Shown: positions 18,370 to 26,716 of the stretch, one piece after another
How the letters are laid out: each line of letters opens with the position of its first letter
Position numbering within the stretch: the first letter of the stretch is position 1
Program-made: the position numbers and the translations under genes
Origin: a virus
Taxonomy: Duplodnaviria > Heunggongvirae > Uroviricota > Caudoviricetes
Direction: 5' to 3' (one strand)
DNA length: 64,000 nt
IMG/VR virus record: IMGVR_UViG_3300021400_000141
Span: 128,001 to 192,000 of that record
Notes under the pieces: generated by a model
Seen by the model: the letters and a program-made list of their open reading frames with translations, nothing else
Database searches by the model: none
Told to the model about the DNA's origin: nothing

Positions 18370-20070
18370 CTAACCCCCGATAATTCTTTCCACTTCGTCT
18401 AGGTAAGCAGCATCACGTTTCTTATCGCCTTCTCTGTCAATCATATTTTCAGCAACCGCCTTTCCAATCTCTGACGCCAAGACATGTATTTCTTCCCTTG
18501 TCAATGACATCCTGTTAAACATCTGCACATCGTTCAATACTGGTGTAATGTCCCTTTCAGCCCTTGCGGCCATATCCATTCGAGCATCCAAGACTGGAGA
18601 CTGTTCTTCCATTGCAGACGCCTGATTTGCGTCCATATCAAACTGAGTCCTATTATCATCAACCGACTGTTCTTTTTCTGCACTTTCAGTTGGGGCCGCT
18701 TTTTCTTCATCACGTGTTTTCAACGGAGTGTCATCCTGATTGTTCATGGAGTCCGATGCACCAGATATGTCATTTGCCATCTCAGTAATGGAATTTTTAG
18801 TGGCAGGCTCCTGCTCTTCTTTAGATACTTCTTGATTGCTAATCTTTTCAATAAGCTCATCTTCATTCTGTTTGACTATATCGGCAATTTCCCGCAGGCT
18901 ATCCAAACTAGCATCGCCTAGTTCAACAGATTTAGTTTCCATTTCAACATGAACATCGATTGGCATAGGTTCATTGACATCTGTGTTCGCAACCGAATCA
19001 CCAAACTGTTCCAAAATGTCATCAAGACTGTCGTTGATTTTGCCCAAGTGGTCGTTCACTTCGGAAACACGCAACTCAGTCTCATTAGGAACATCCTTCG
19101 CTACTTCCTCTGGTTGCTCAACATTTCCCTCATCGACCTCGGTCAGCTTCTGCCCAATATCGTTCAGCAAATTATTCTGCTCATCTTGGGTAGTAACGAT
19201 GTCTTTAAGCAAGTTTTCCTCATTGCTGGGAACGTTAGCCTTGCTTTCGTCAGTATCAGGCTCATTGGTATCAACATCAGTCAGCTTCTGACCAATATCG
19301 TTCAACAAGACATTCTGTTCATTCTGGGCAGCCTCAATGTTTTCAAGCAAGGTTTCCGCCCTGCTGGGAACATCAGACTCACTTTCGTCTGTATCCACAG
19401 CATTGACATCGGTATCAGCCAATTTATCACTAATATCGTTCAGCAAAGCATTCTGGTCTTTCTGGGCAGCCTCAATGTTTCCAAGCAAGGTTTCCTCCTT
19501 GCTAGGTTCATTGGACTCGCTCTCATCAGCGGAATCGTCCTTAGACATTTCTGGGAGCTGTACATCGACCTTTACTTCCGTCGGCTTGATATCTTCCTTT
19601 ACGACATCGGTTTCTTCGTCCGCCTTTTCTTCGGATTTGTCTTCAACCTCGTTCAGGTTAGAATCATTGACCGCTTCATCACGGGTCAATTCGGCCCGAA
19701 GGGAATCCCCTTGGATTTCGAGAATGCGGTCGAGGTCATTTTGTATATTTGTCAAAACCGTCTGTCGCTTCTCGTTTTCATCATCATTTTCCGCCGCATT
19801 ACTAGATTTACGGAAAGCGTCATTGACTTCCTTGACGGTTGCGGCAATCTCGCTATTATCGATAGCACTGCCGAACTGTTCGACAAGGGTATCGTTTACA
19901 TTCTTAGCATTGGCCATCTGCTGGTCAAGAAATCCCTTCATTGTCTGCTCGGTCTCTTTCGGCAATGCGGCAAGAGCGTCAGCAATCGACTTGATATCAT
20001 TATTAGTCGAGGCATTGTTGACGGTCTGATTGGACGTTTGAGTAGATGTATTTTGCTGTGTAGTGGCCAT
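18370..20070 (-). CDS. acidic repeat-containing protein, candidate tail-length regulator (gp29 position)
   Basis: 566 aa, helical and acidic, 46-aa repeats, directly upstream of the gp48-like gene as gp29 is in T4. Confidence 0.45.
   Translation of the reverse strand: MATTQQNTSTQTSNQTVNNASTNNDIKSIADALAALPKETEQTMKGFLDQQMANAKNVNDTLVEQFGSAIDNSEIAATVKEVNDAFRKSSNAAENDDENEKRQTVLTNIQNDLDRILEIQGDSLRAELTRDEAVNDSNLNEVEDKSEEKADEETDVVKEDIKPTEVKVDVQLPEMSKDDSADESESNEPSKEETLLGNIEAAQKDQNALLNDISDKLADTDVNAVDTDESESDVPSRAETLLENIEAAQNEQNVLLNDIGQKLTDVDTNEPDTDESKANVPSNEENLLKDIVTTQDEQNNLLNDIGQKLTEVDEGNVEQPEEVAKDVPNETELRVSEVNDHLGKINDSLDDILEQFGDSVANTDVNEPMPIDVHVEMETKSVELGDASLDSLREIADIVKQNEDELIEKISNQEVSKEEQEPATKNSITEMANDISGASDSMNNQDDTPLKTRDEEKAAPTESAEKEQSVDDNRTQFDMDANQASAMEEQSPVLDARMDMAARAERDITPVLNDVQMFNRMSLTREEIHVLASEIGKAVAENMIDREGDKKRDAAYLDEVERIIGG
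19143..19510. repeat. 138-bp intragenic tandem repeat, about 2.7 copies
   Basis: AGCAAG(G/T)TTTCC at 19208, 19346 and 19484; encodes ETLLxNIEAAQxxQNxLLNDIxxKL repeats. Confidence 0.9.
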
Positions 20071-20092
20071 AATGCACCTTTAGTTTCAATGA

Positions 20093-20101
20093 TAGTTTAT
20101 A
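20093..20101 (-). promoter_or_regulatory. late promoter TATAAACTA
   Basis: Exact motif; divergent pair. Confidence 0.75.
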
Positions 20102-20125
20102 ATGCAAACACGATTTTTGTCCAGG

Positions 20126-20134
20126 TATAAACTA
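20126..20134 (+). promoter_or_regulatory. late promoter TATAAACTA
   Basis: Exact motif, about 28 nt before MAKCIT. Confidence 0.75.
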
Positions 20135-20161
20135 TTATCGAATCATGCGGCATACAAGCAA

Positions 20162-21895
20162 ATGGCAAAGTGCATTACAGACGTAATTTCGCCCAGACAG
20201 GAAACTTCGGCTACTGCAAAGGATTCTGGCATTTTGAGCAGCTTTACAGAAGCTGTCGAGAAGACCGCCAATTCCATAAATAATGTAAGTTCCAAGCTAG
20301 AAGCAACCAACTGTACGAAAGTCGTATTCGACTGGTGTAGGGACACCATGGGCATAAACGCCTATGCCGCCGTTGGTATGCTGTCTAACTTGAATTTCGG
20401 TTTCGGCCAGTTCAACCAGTTCAACTTCCCCGTCGGGATTGAAGGAGCACTGACATTAAGCAAGAGCCTCTGCCAGACGATAGGCACATGGATTGCATGG
20501 ATTCAAGCGACAATAGACATCGCAACGAAGGCTGCATTCGTCCTGTTCGCAAAGATTGATGCCGCCCGTCTACGTCTGGAAGCCGCCCTATTGAGGTTCA
20601 ACGCAGCCGTTTTTGCGTGCATTTCCAAAATCCTTTCCGACCTTAAAATGTCGGCAACGCTGGATGTGGGTGTCGGTGCAGCAGTTACCCTTGACTTCAA
20701 GTGGGAAGAACTGCTACAAATCATGATTGACTGCCCGTGCTTCTGCCGTGCAATCGCATGCGTCACAGACTGCAAGAAAGACGCTGACGGCAACGACATC
20801 ACCAGAAATCCAGAGATGGTGATAGAATGTCTAAAGAACAAGTTTCCCCTGTCCTTTGGCGTGGGTGTAGGACTGGCTGGCGGTATAGTAGGTTCGCTGA
20901 ACGACCTCCTGCATGACTTCCTTATGAAGCTGTATTTGAGCATCAAGGAAGCAATCGAAATGACCTTTGAGATGCTCATGAAGCCACTCCGTGCCTTAAT
21001 CAAGGCTTATGCCGACCTGTTGACACAGAAGTTCGATGTAACGGCTTTCATCAAGATGGTTGGAAATTTCGAGTGTTTCTTCATCTACACGCTAGAATAC
21101 AAGAACAACGTGGAGTTCTACGGCATGTCGGTTATAGACATGATTAACACCTTCAAGAGCTGGACCGTATGTTTCAGCCACCTGTGTCCAGGCCTGATGA
21201 AGGACATCGAGGCAAAGATTAAGGAGATAAATGCAAACCTCCGCCTTAACGACGTTTTCTGGCAGGGAGCATTCGAAGCAGACCTTTATGACCTGTGTAT
21301 CGCAGCGAAGCTCGGTTACAAGTCCTTTTCAGCAAACGAATTCCGTGAGATTTACCGCGACAACCCGAAGACCCAGTTCGACTCGTTGCTATCACAGCTT
21401 GAAGCATCTTGCATAGTAAAAGTATGCAAAGAGCACAAACGGTCAAGCGCCGCCAACAAGCCTACAAGCAAGGTCGAGGAAGCCATCCAGTTCAGGACGG
21501 CCCCAGACAGGGAAAACGAAGTAAACGTAGGCGAGAAACCTATATCGAAACAGGAACAGAAGAAGTGCATATCCATCTCCCATAATCTTGTTGACAAGAC
21601 AGTGAGCCCGTATTTCACCGAGAAATACTATCAGCTCCTCAGGATGCTGGCTGATTACGAAATAAGCAATGACACTGTTAACGAACTGACTAATATTCTC
21701 GATAACTGCAGTAAGAAGGTCTACCCAGTAAACATGAGCAAGCCGTTTACACCATTCCCGTCGAACCAGTCTGGAAGAGCCGCAATTGAAGTATATCCAT
21801 CCGACATCGAGGTGACTTACGAACTCGTTGATGACTACAACGAAGACGTTATCAAAAACATTTTAGGCCCATATGCGGAAGGGGTGGTAGCATGA
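20162..21895 (+). CDS. Cys-rich helical late protein of unknown function
   Basis: Long ORF after a late promoter; many Cys residues (CPCFC); stop overlaps the gp4 start. Confidence 0.75.
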   Translation: MAKCITDVISPRQETSATAKDSGILSSFTEAVEKTANSINNVSSKLEATNCTKVVFDWCRDTMGINAYAAVGMLSNLNFGFGQFNQFNFPVGIEGALTLSKSLCQTIGTWIAWIQATIDIATKAAFVLFAKIDAARLRLEAALLRFNAAVFACISKILSDLKMSATLDVGVGAAVTLDFKWEELLQIMIDCPCFCRAIACVTDCKKDADGNDITRNPEMVIECLKNKFPLSFGVGVGLAGGIVGSLNDLLHDFLMKLYLSIKEAIEMTFEMLMKPLRALIKAYADLLTQKFDVTAFIKMVGNFECFFIYTLEYKNNVEFYGMSVIDMINTFKSWTVCFSHLCPGLMKDIEAKIKEINANLRLNDVFWQGAFEADLYDLCIAAKLGYKSFSANEFREIYRDNPKTQFDSLLSQLEASCIVKVCKEHKRSSAANKPTSKVEEAIQFRTAPDRENEVNVGEKPISKQEQKKCISISHNLVDKTVSPYFTEKYYQLLRMLADYEISNDTVNELTNILDNCSKKVYPVNMSKPFTPFPSNQSGRAAIEVYPSDIEVTYELVDDYNEDVIKNILGPYAEGVVA

Positions 21896-22416
21896 TTTAC
21901 GGAACCAAGACGAAACACGCTCGTTACAAGTTGGTGCATCCAGAGAAGTACATGGAAAATCTGGCTGCCCCAATATGCAAGTCATCTTGGGAAGAAAGGA
22001 TTTTTCAGGCAATGGACAACAACAGCTATGTCCTAAAATGGGGTTACGAACCTGATTTCGAAATCTATTACATGTCACCGAAGCTGCACAAGATGAGCAA
22101 GTATTTCCCCGACATCTACTGCGAATGCAAGTCGGCTACTGACAGCAAGGTAAACAAGTTCCTAATTGAAATCAAGCCAGAGAAATTCGCCATCATGCCG
22201 AAACCCCCGAAAGCATTGACCGAGAGTGCAAACGCAAAGAAGGTTAGGGCCCACCAAAAGAAGATGGCACGCTACTACATGCAATGCGAGGAAGTGATGG
22301 TGAACCAGGCGAAATGGGCAGCAGCACGAAACTGGTGTGCCAACAGAGGTGTAAACTGGATTGTCCTGACAGAGGAAAACGTTTGCGGCCTTTTCGACAA
22401 AGGCGCACACATGTAG
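21892..22416 (+). CDS. gp4: head completion nuclease, T4 gp4-like (TnsA-type)
   Basis: SSWEERIF, LKWGYE, YFPDIY, LIEIKP, NQAKWAAARNWC, WIVLTE. Confidence 0.92.
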   Translation: MIYGTKTKHARYKLVHPEKYMENLAAPICKSSWEERIFQAMDNNSYVLKWGYEPDFEIYYMSPKLHKMSKYFPDIYCECKSATDSKVNKFLIEIKPEKFAIMPKPPKALTESANAKKVRAHQKKMARYYMQCEEVMVNQAKWAAARNWCANRGVNWIVLTEENVCGLFDKGAHM

Positions 22417-22444
22417 AAAAAGGCTGTCCCGAAGGACAGCCTTT
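22417..22444. terminator. bidirectional intrinsic terminator
   Basis: AAAGGCTGTCC-CGAA-GGACAGCCTTT between convergent units; UUCG loop on the minus strand. Confidence 0.85.
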
Positions 22445-22454
22445 CTCCACTCCA

Positions 22455-22625
22455 ACAAAAAATCCGACTTTCCCGAAGGTCCATCGGACTAACCATGACA
22501 CTTCACCTTCTTCGGGTTTTATCCCGTAGCCTTGGTCGATGCTACCCGTCCTTATTTCGTAGACGGAACGTCAACGCCGAAGCATTGAAAGACCCATTTT
22601 TGAAGTAATGGTAGGGCCGTCCCAA
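22455..22625 (-). ncRNA. candidate structured ncRNA or structured 3' UTR
   Basis: Six hairpins, two with UUCG loops; G-U pairs favour the minus strand; ACTTCA/TGAAGT pseudoknot possible. Confidence 0.55.
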
Positions 22626-22629
22626 CACT

Positions 22630-22719
22630 TTAGAAAAAGTACAGCAGGCAACCAACGACTATGACCAGGATAAAAACCCAGGCCAAAATCTTGTCAGTCT
22701 CTGGCGTATACTTCATCAT
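22630..22719 (-). CDS. 29-aa single-pass membrane peptide
   Basis: MMKYTPETDKILAWVFILVIVVGCLLYFF*; ATGA overlap with the upstream stop (translational coupling). Confidence 0.65.
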   Translation of the reverse strand: MMKYTPETDKILAWVFILVIVVGCLLYFF

Positions 22720-23321
22720 TCGGCATCCTCAGACGGAACATCTTCGGTGCCAGCGTCAGCTTCGGACATCGTTTCAACCGTAACGGCATACTTGATGAAA
22801 CCAGACGCCTTCTTTTTCTTCTTCTTAGGAGAACCGTCGAGACCAAGCAGACTGTCAGTCTGTGCCATGATTTCGGCATCAACGGGAGACACTTCGTCTT
22901 CATCTTCATGGGTTTCATCACCATCGTCAGTTTCCTTGACTTTGAGATGGGAAGACCAGAACTGGGTGTCATCGTTGCACGGGTCCTTTTCGAAATTGAA
23001 CGTATACTCAGCCACATCGCCGAGTTCCTTGTCAACCTTCTTCTTTACAGCGATTGACATGAGGAACGCATCATAGGAGAACGAGGCAAAGGTTACCTTG
23101 ACACGAAGAGGGTCATCAAGGTCACACTTTGTGTTTCCATAACCCTTGTTCGTTACGAAATCCTTCACGCTTGCAAACGCATTGTCAATTTCCTGAGTGC
23201 CGTCGAGAAGATGCTTTCCAGCACCACTCTCACTGGTCTTTATGGAAAACTTGACAAACGGGACATTGTCCTTTGTCGCAGGAGTAAAAGCACTCAGGTA
23301 TCCACTGAATTCCTTCTTCAT
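22716..23321 (-). CDS. hypothetical protein with acidic and Lys-rich tail
   Basis: GGAGG SD; phage codon usage. Confidence 0.75.
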   Translation of the reverse strand: MKKEFSGYLSAFTPATKDNVPFVKFSIKTSESGAGKHLLDGTQEIDNAFASVKDFVTNKGYGNTKCDLDDPLRVKVTFASFSYDAFLMSIAVKKKVDKELGDVAEYTFNFEKDPCNDDTQFWSSHLKVKETDDGDETHEDEDEVSPVDAEIMAQTDSLLGLDGSPKKKKKKASGFIKYAVTVETMSEADAGTEDVPSEDAE

Positions 23322-23333
23322 GTAACATCCTCC

Positions 23334-23918
23334 TTAGGACGGCATCTTGCGGGGACGACCACGGCGACGCTTTTCCTGCACGGGAGCATCACTCTTGCGG
23401 GGACGGCCACGCTTCCTGGGAGCAACGGAAGACTTCGCGCTAGAAGCCTTGGCCGGACGACCACGCTTCGTTGCCTTAGCAGGAGCAGCATCAGCGGCAA
23501 CTACCTGCTTGGCAGGTGCAGCACTGCCAATAACAACACTCGTCTTGCCCTTGTTTGCCATAACGACTTCAGCGGCAACGTCAGCAAGCTTATTGGCTGC
23601 TTCATCGTTCAATCCATTGATGGAGAAGAACTTCTTGAATGCACGAAGAGTTGCAAGACGGAGACCGAAGTCTGCGTCGAACTTGTCCATGTACTGCTGG
23701 AAGGCACGACCGACGTAAATCAAGCCATCCACATCCTTGCTGTTCTTGTTGGCATGGTAGCGTTCAAGCGTCACTTCGGTGTTGCTGGTAACCCAGGACG
23801 TAGCGATGCGACGGCCATACTTGTCCAACTTGCGGGTGACATGAAGTTGATGAGTGAGTTTGTTTGAAACCTTCAAACGAATTGAAGGAATGCCTGTGAT
23901 GTTGAGTTTGATAATCAT
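23334..23918 (-). CDS. AT-hook DNA-binding protein
   Basis: Three AT-hooks (KRGRPAK, RKRGRPRK, RRGRPRK) in an Ala/Lys-rich C-terminus. Confidence 0.75.
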   Translation of the reverse strand: MIIKLNITGIPSIRLKVSNKLTHQLHVTRKLDKYGRRIATSWVTSNTEVTLERYHANKNSKDVDGLIYVGRAFQQYMDKFDADFGLRLATLRAFKKFFSINGLNDEAANKLADVAAEVVMANKGKTSVVIGSAAPAKQVVAADAAPAKATKRGRPAKASSAKSSVAPRKRGRPRKSDAPVQEKRRRGRPRKMPS

Positions 23919-23962
23919 AATGTACCTTTTTGTTGAGTGAGACTTTTAATCCACTGAACAAG

Positions 23963-23991
23963 AATATAGTATATTAAAACCCCTTTTGCAA
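23963..23991 (-). promoter_or_regulatory. sigma70-type promoter
   Basis: TTGCAA-17nt-TATATT. Confidence 0.65.
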
Positions 23992-23999
23992 GGGGTTTT
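23976..23999 (-). terminator. intrinsic terminator overlapping the -35 box
   Basis: AAAACCCCTT-GCAA-AAGGGGTTTT just after the MoxR stop. Confidence 0.7.
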
Positions 24000-24009
24000 T
24001 CAAAAAAAG

Positions 24010-25164
24010 TTATTTTTTCTTGGTTTGTTTAGATTTTTTTACAGAAACAACGGGTTTCCCAGTTCCCTGAATGATTGTTTTTATCTTACTCCAGGTGTCC
24101 TCGTTGGTGTGGGCCAGCTTCGTAAACCAATCAGGTTTGTCGTTTTGGAGAACTGCGGGTTTGATGTAATTCTCGTAAGCATCGGCAACATGTTCCACCG
24201 ACAGACGGTCATACAGGTAGTAAAGATTGGTGATGATAGTGCTCTTCTCCTTTTCCATCGCAGGGTTGGATAGGAGTGTTATCATCGTCTTTGTCACATT
24301 CCTGCACAACTCGGTCTGATACACGTCGAGCATCTTGGCGACACGGCTTGCCGCAGCGATTGCCTTGGTGGCGTTGGTTTCCAGGAGGAAATTCTGCGGA
24401 TTGAACATCCGCTTCGTACACAACCAAGAGAAGAACGACAATGCCTCATTCGGGCCTAGATGGCTTGCAGCATCGCTCTGTATCAACGTAGGGTTCTGCT
24501 TGTAATCACCAAGACGAATGCCGTTAGTGTACATCTTCGAGAAGTTTTCCCACGCTCTCGGGTTGACCGTGTTTTCATCCTCAAAGAGGTCAACGTCGTC
24601 CATCTTGAACAGGTGTTCGTCAGTAGCCTGGTCAATATAGCTAATTATATCAGGGTGAATACCATGAGTTGTCGCCCATGCCAGCCAGTCACTCTTGCTA
24701 ACATCGATGTGAATTCTGGACATACGAGAGTACAATGCACGGTTCAGCTCGTCCACATCGTTACTGGCGATAGACGACGGGTTCATCGCACATATAACCC
24801 TCGAACCAGGTGCTAGCCTGTGACCAAGAAATTCCTGTTCCTTCGTACAAAGCTGCATGATAGCGTTGATGGTGTCCTTCTTGGCACGGTTGATTTCGTC
24901 AAGAAACAGCAGCACTGGCTTGTTGTGGGAAAGCCAGTCGGGAATGGTGTGCGAATGGACACCATTAACTTCCCTCAGGAGACCAGTGAGGTCACCCGTT
25001 TCACCAGCTTCGGCACAACGGAGCTTGACAAGTTCAAGACCCAGCGTTTGAGCAAGGTCAAAAACAAAATCAGTTTTACCAATACCAGGCTGCCCGATAA
25101 GGACACATGCCGTCTCGGGCGCAAGCCTCAGTATATGAGCCTTTGCCATTGAGAAGGTAGCCAT
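24010..25164 (-). CDS. MoxR-family AAA+ ATPase
   Basis: GQPGIGKT, GDLTGL, LLFLDEINRA, ICAMNP, ALYSRM, NPRAWE. Confidence 0.88.
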   Translation of the reverse strand: MATFSMAKAHILRLAPETACVLIGQPGIGKTDFVFDLAQTLGLELVKLRCAEAGETGDLTGLLREVNGVHSHTIPDWLSHNKPVLLFLDEINRAKKDTINAIMQLCTKEQEFLGHRLAPGSRVICAMNPSSIASNDVDELNRALYSRMSRIHIDVSKSDWLAWATTHGIHPDIISYIDQATDEHLFKMDDVDLFEDENTVNPRAWENFSKMYTNGIRLGDYKQNPTLIQSDAASHLGPNEALSFFSWLCTKRMFNPQNFLLETNATKAIAAASRVAKMLDVYQTELCRNVTKTMITLLSNPAMEKEKSTIITNLYYLYDRLSVEHVADAYENYIKPAVLQNDKPDWFTKLAHTNEDTWSKIKTIIQGTGKPVVSVKKSKQTKKK

Positions 25165-25167
25165 AAT

Positions 25168-26448
25168 CTATTGCAACATAAAGAGGGTTTGGGACGTAAT
25201 TTCCTTTCCGTTGGTCACAAAGATGTAACTGGAAGCAGGGAACGTCTCATGCAGTTTTTCAATACTGTATTCGTTAGGACCGACGATTGACGGGTTGAGG
25301 AACACAGGGATGCACTTTCCGCTGAGGAACCATTCGCCACCACGATGCCAGTGACCCATGATGGCCACGTCGAAATCAATGCCCATCTTCATGAACATGC
25401 CGTAGTCCTTGAAGTTGTCTCTGGTGACCGTGCTAATCGGGGAGCAGAATGCACCGCCGCCACGATATGCGTCACCGTGTTCAATCTTCCACTTCTGTTC
25501 ACCAATTACGGCAATGTCAGACGGTGCTTCGGAAACATGGACGGAAACTATCATATCGTCGGCAAATGCTTCCTCGATGAACTTGTACAGGATGTACTCG
25601 TAGTTATCGTATGCCTTGTTCTTGGCCTGCCATTTCTGGTTTGTACGGGAATGGTTACCAACGACGCAGTAAACATTCATCTTCTTGAACTGGCTTCTAA
25701 GGCTCTTGAAGGCGCCTACAATGAACTTGAAGTAGTCTACAAGGAGCTTGGTAAGCGGGCCAGCGTTAGTCTCTTTGAGTTCATCATGTATGTTTCCAGA
25801 GAAGAGGTCACCCAGCATGAGAATGTCAAGGGTTCCGCACTTGTTGTCACGGGCCATTTCGAGGGCCTTTTCAAAGAGCTTGAGGTGACGGGCCTTGGAA
25901 ATATCGGGATTGTACTCGTTAATTCCATGGGTGCTTGCACTTGGAACGACTTCGCCATAGTGTGCATCCGAAATGGGGAGAACCAGGTGGTTATCGCCGT
26001 CGTTAGCCTTCTTGACATTGATGTAGAACTTGTCGTATTCGACTTCGGTAAGCTCTGTTTTCAACGCATCGGCCAACTCGGTTGCAACATATGAACGAAC
26101 CCTGAGCTTGTTGTTTTCGGCACGGAGGCTGTTCAACTGTTTCTTTAAGTAGGTGTTTTCACTTTCCTTACGGTCTTCGACAGGGTCTTCCTTGTCCTGC
26201 GGATACTGAGGGACATTTTCATCCTTGCTCAAAGCCGCATTGTAAGTGTTGAATCTTTCGGAAAGTCTGTCAAAGCGCTTGCGCAACGTATCCTTGGAGA
26301 TGCCGAGGCCAGCCTTGTCTATTTCTTTCTGTGCATTATCAAGTAGTTTCTGACGGTTCCAGCCATACTTCTGTGCTATCTTGAAGAGTTCCTTCTGTTC
26401 AGCATTCAGTGTGACTATGAACCCGCTTTCGGGGGTACTTGCCTTCAT
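25168..26448 (-). CDS. calcineurin-like metallophosphoesterase with N-terminal coiled coil
   Basis: SDAHYGE, GDLFSG, GNHSR, HGD, GHWH. Confidence 0.85.
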   Translation of the reverse strand: MKASTPESGFIVTLNAEQKELFKIAQKYGWNRQKLLDNAQKEIDKAGLGISKDTLRKRFDRLSERFNTYNAALSKDENVPQYPQDKEDPVEDRKESENTYLKKQLNSLRAENNKLRVRSYVATELADALKTELTEVEYDKFYINVKKANDGDNHLVLPISDAHYGEVVPSASTHGINEYNPDISKARHLKLFEKALEMARDNKCGTLDILMLGDLFSGNIHDELKETNAGPLTKLLVDYFKFIVGAFKSLRSQFKKMNVYCVVGNHSRTNQKWQAKNKAYDNYEYILYKFIEEAFADDMIVSVHVSEAPSDIAVIGEQKWKIEHGDAYRGGGAFCSPISTVTRDNFKDYGMFMKMGIDFDVAIMGHWHRGGEWFLSGKCIPVFLNPSIVGPNEYSIEKLHETFPASSYIFVTNGKEITSQTLFMLQ

Positions 26449-26571
26449 ATTTAAAATCCCAACAATAGAGGGTTTAACTTCTATGCTGAAATATATGTTT
26501 TTTGAAAGCTACTCTGACAAAAAATTTTTAAATAGTGAATATCAAGCATCAAATTCCGCCATTTGCCAGCA

Positions 26572-26712
26572 AGAACCACCGACGGGAGAACTCCCGAACC
26601 TGGTTGACCTTTAAAACGGCTTCACGGATTTCCCGTTCTATGTATCATTTTCAAGCCGCTAACCAGCAACTTGAATCGTTGGGCCCGCGTCACTTGTTGG
26701 CGCGGGGTTCGC
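26572..26712. other. GC-rich multi-hairpin element downstream of the variable fibre-tip gene
   Basis: Inverted repeats at 26583-26596, 26624-26636, 26650-26675 and 26684-26706. Confidence 0.5.
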
Positions 26713-26716
26713 GTTT

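Noticed and set aside
19143-19510. Possible CRISPR-like or DGR TR/VR repeat
   Set aside because: In-frame tandem coding repeat with no spacers; differences are not restricted to adenines; no cas or RT gene in the window.
18949-20130. 393-aa antisense ORF with apparent repeats
   Set aside because: It mirrors the 138-bp repeat of the acidic minus-strand gene.
20102-20161. Upstream starts given by the ORF track (also 32170, 5985, 61074)
   Set aside because: They lie upstream of or within the promoter motifs; downstream ATGs fit promoter spacing and SD better.
21892-22416. TnsA transposase indicating a Tn7-like element
   Set aside because: The motifs are those of T4 gp4 head-completion nuclease; no TnsB/C or element ends are present.
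22455-22625. tRNA, hammerhead or c-di-GMP riboswitch assignment for the structured RNA
   Set aside because: No TTCGA T-loop or CCA cloverleaf, no CUGANGA core and no GEMM consensus; left as an unassigned candidate.
26590-26690. Integron attC site (GCCCAAC matches RYYYAAC)
   Set aside because: No matching GTTRRRY at a suitable distance, no continuous attC-type stem, and no integrase seen.
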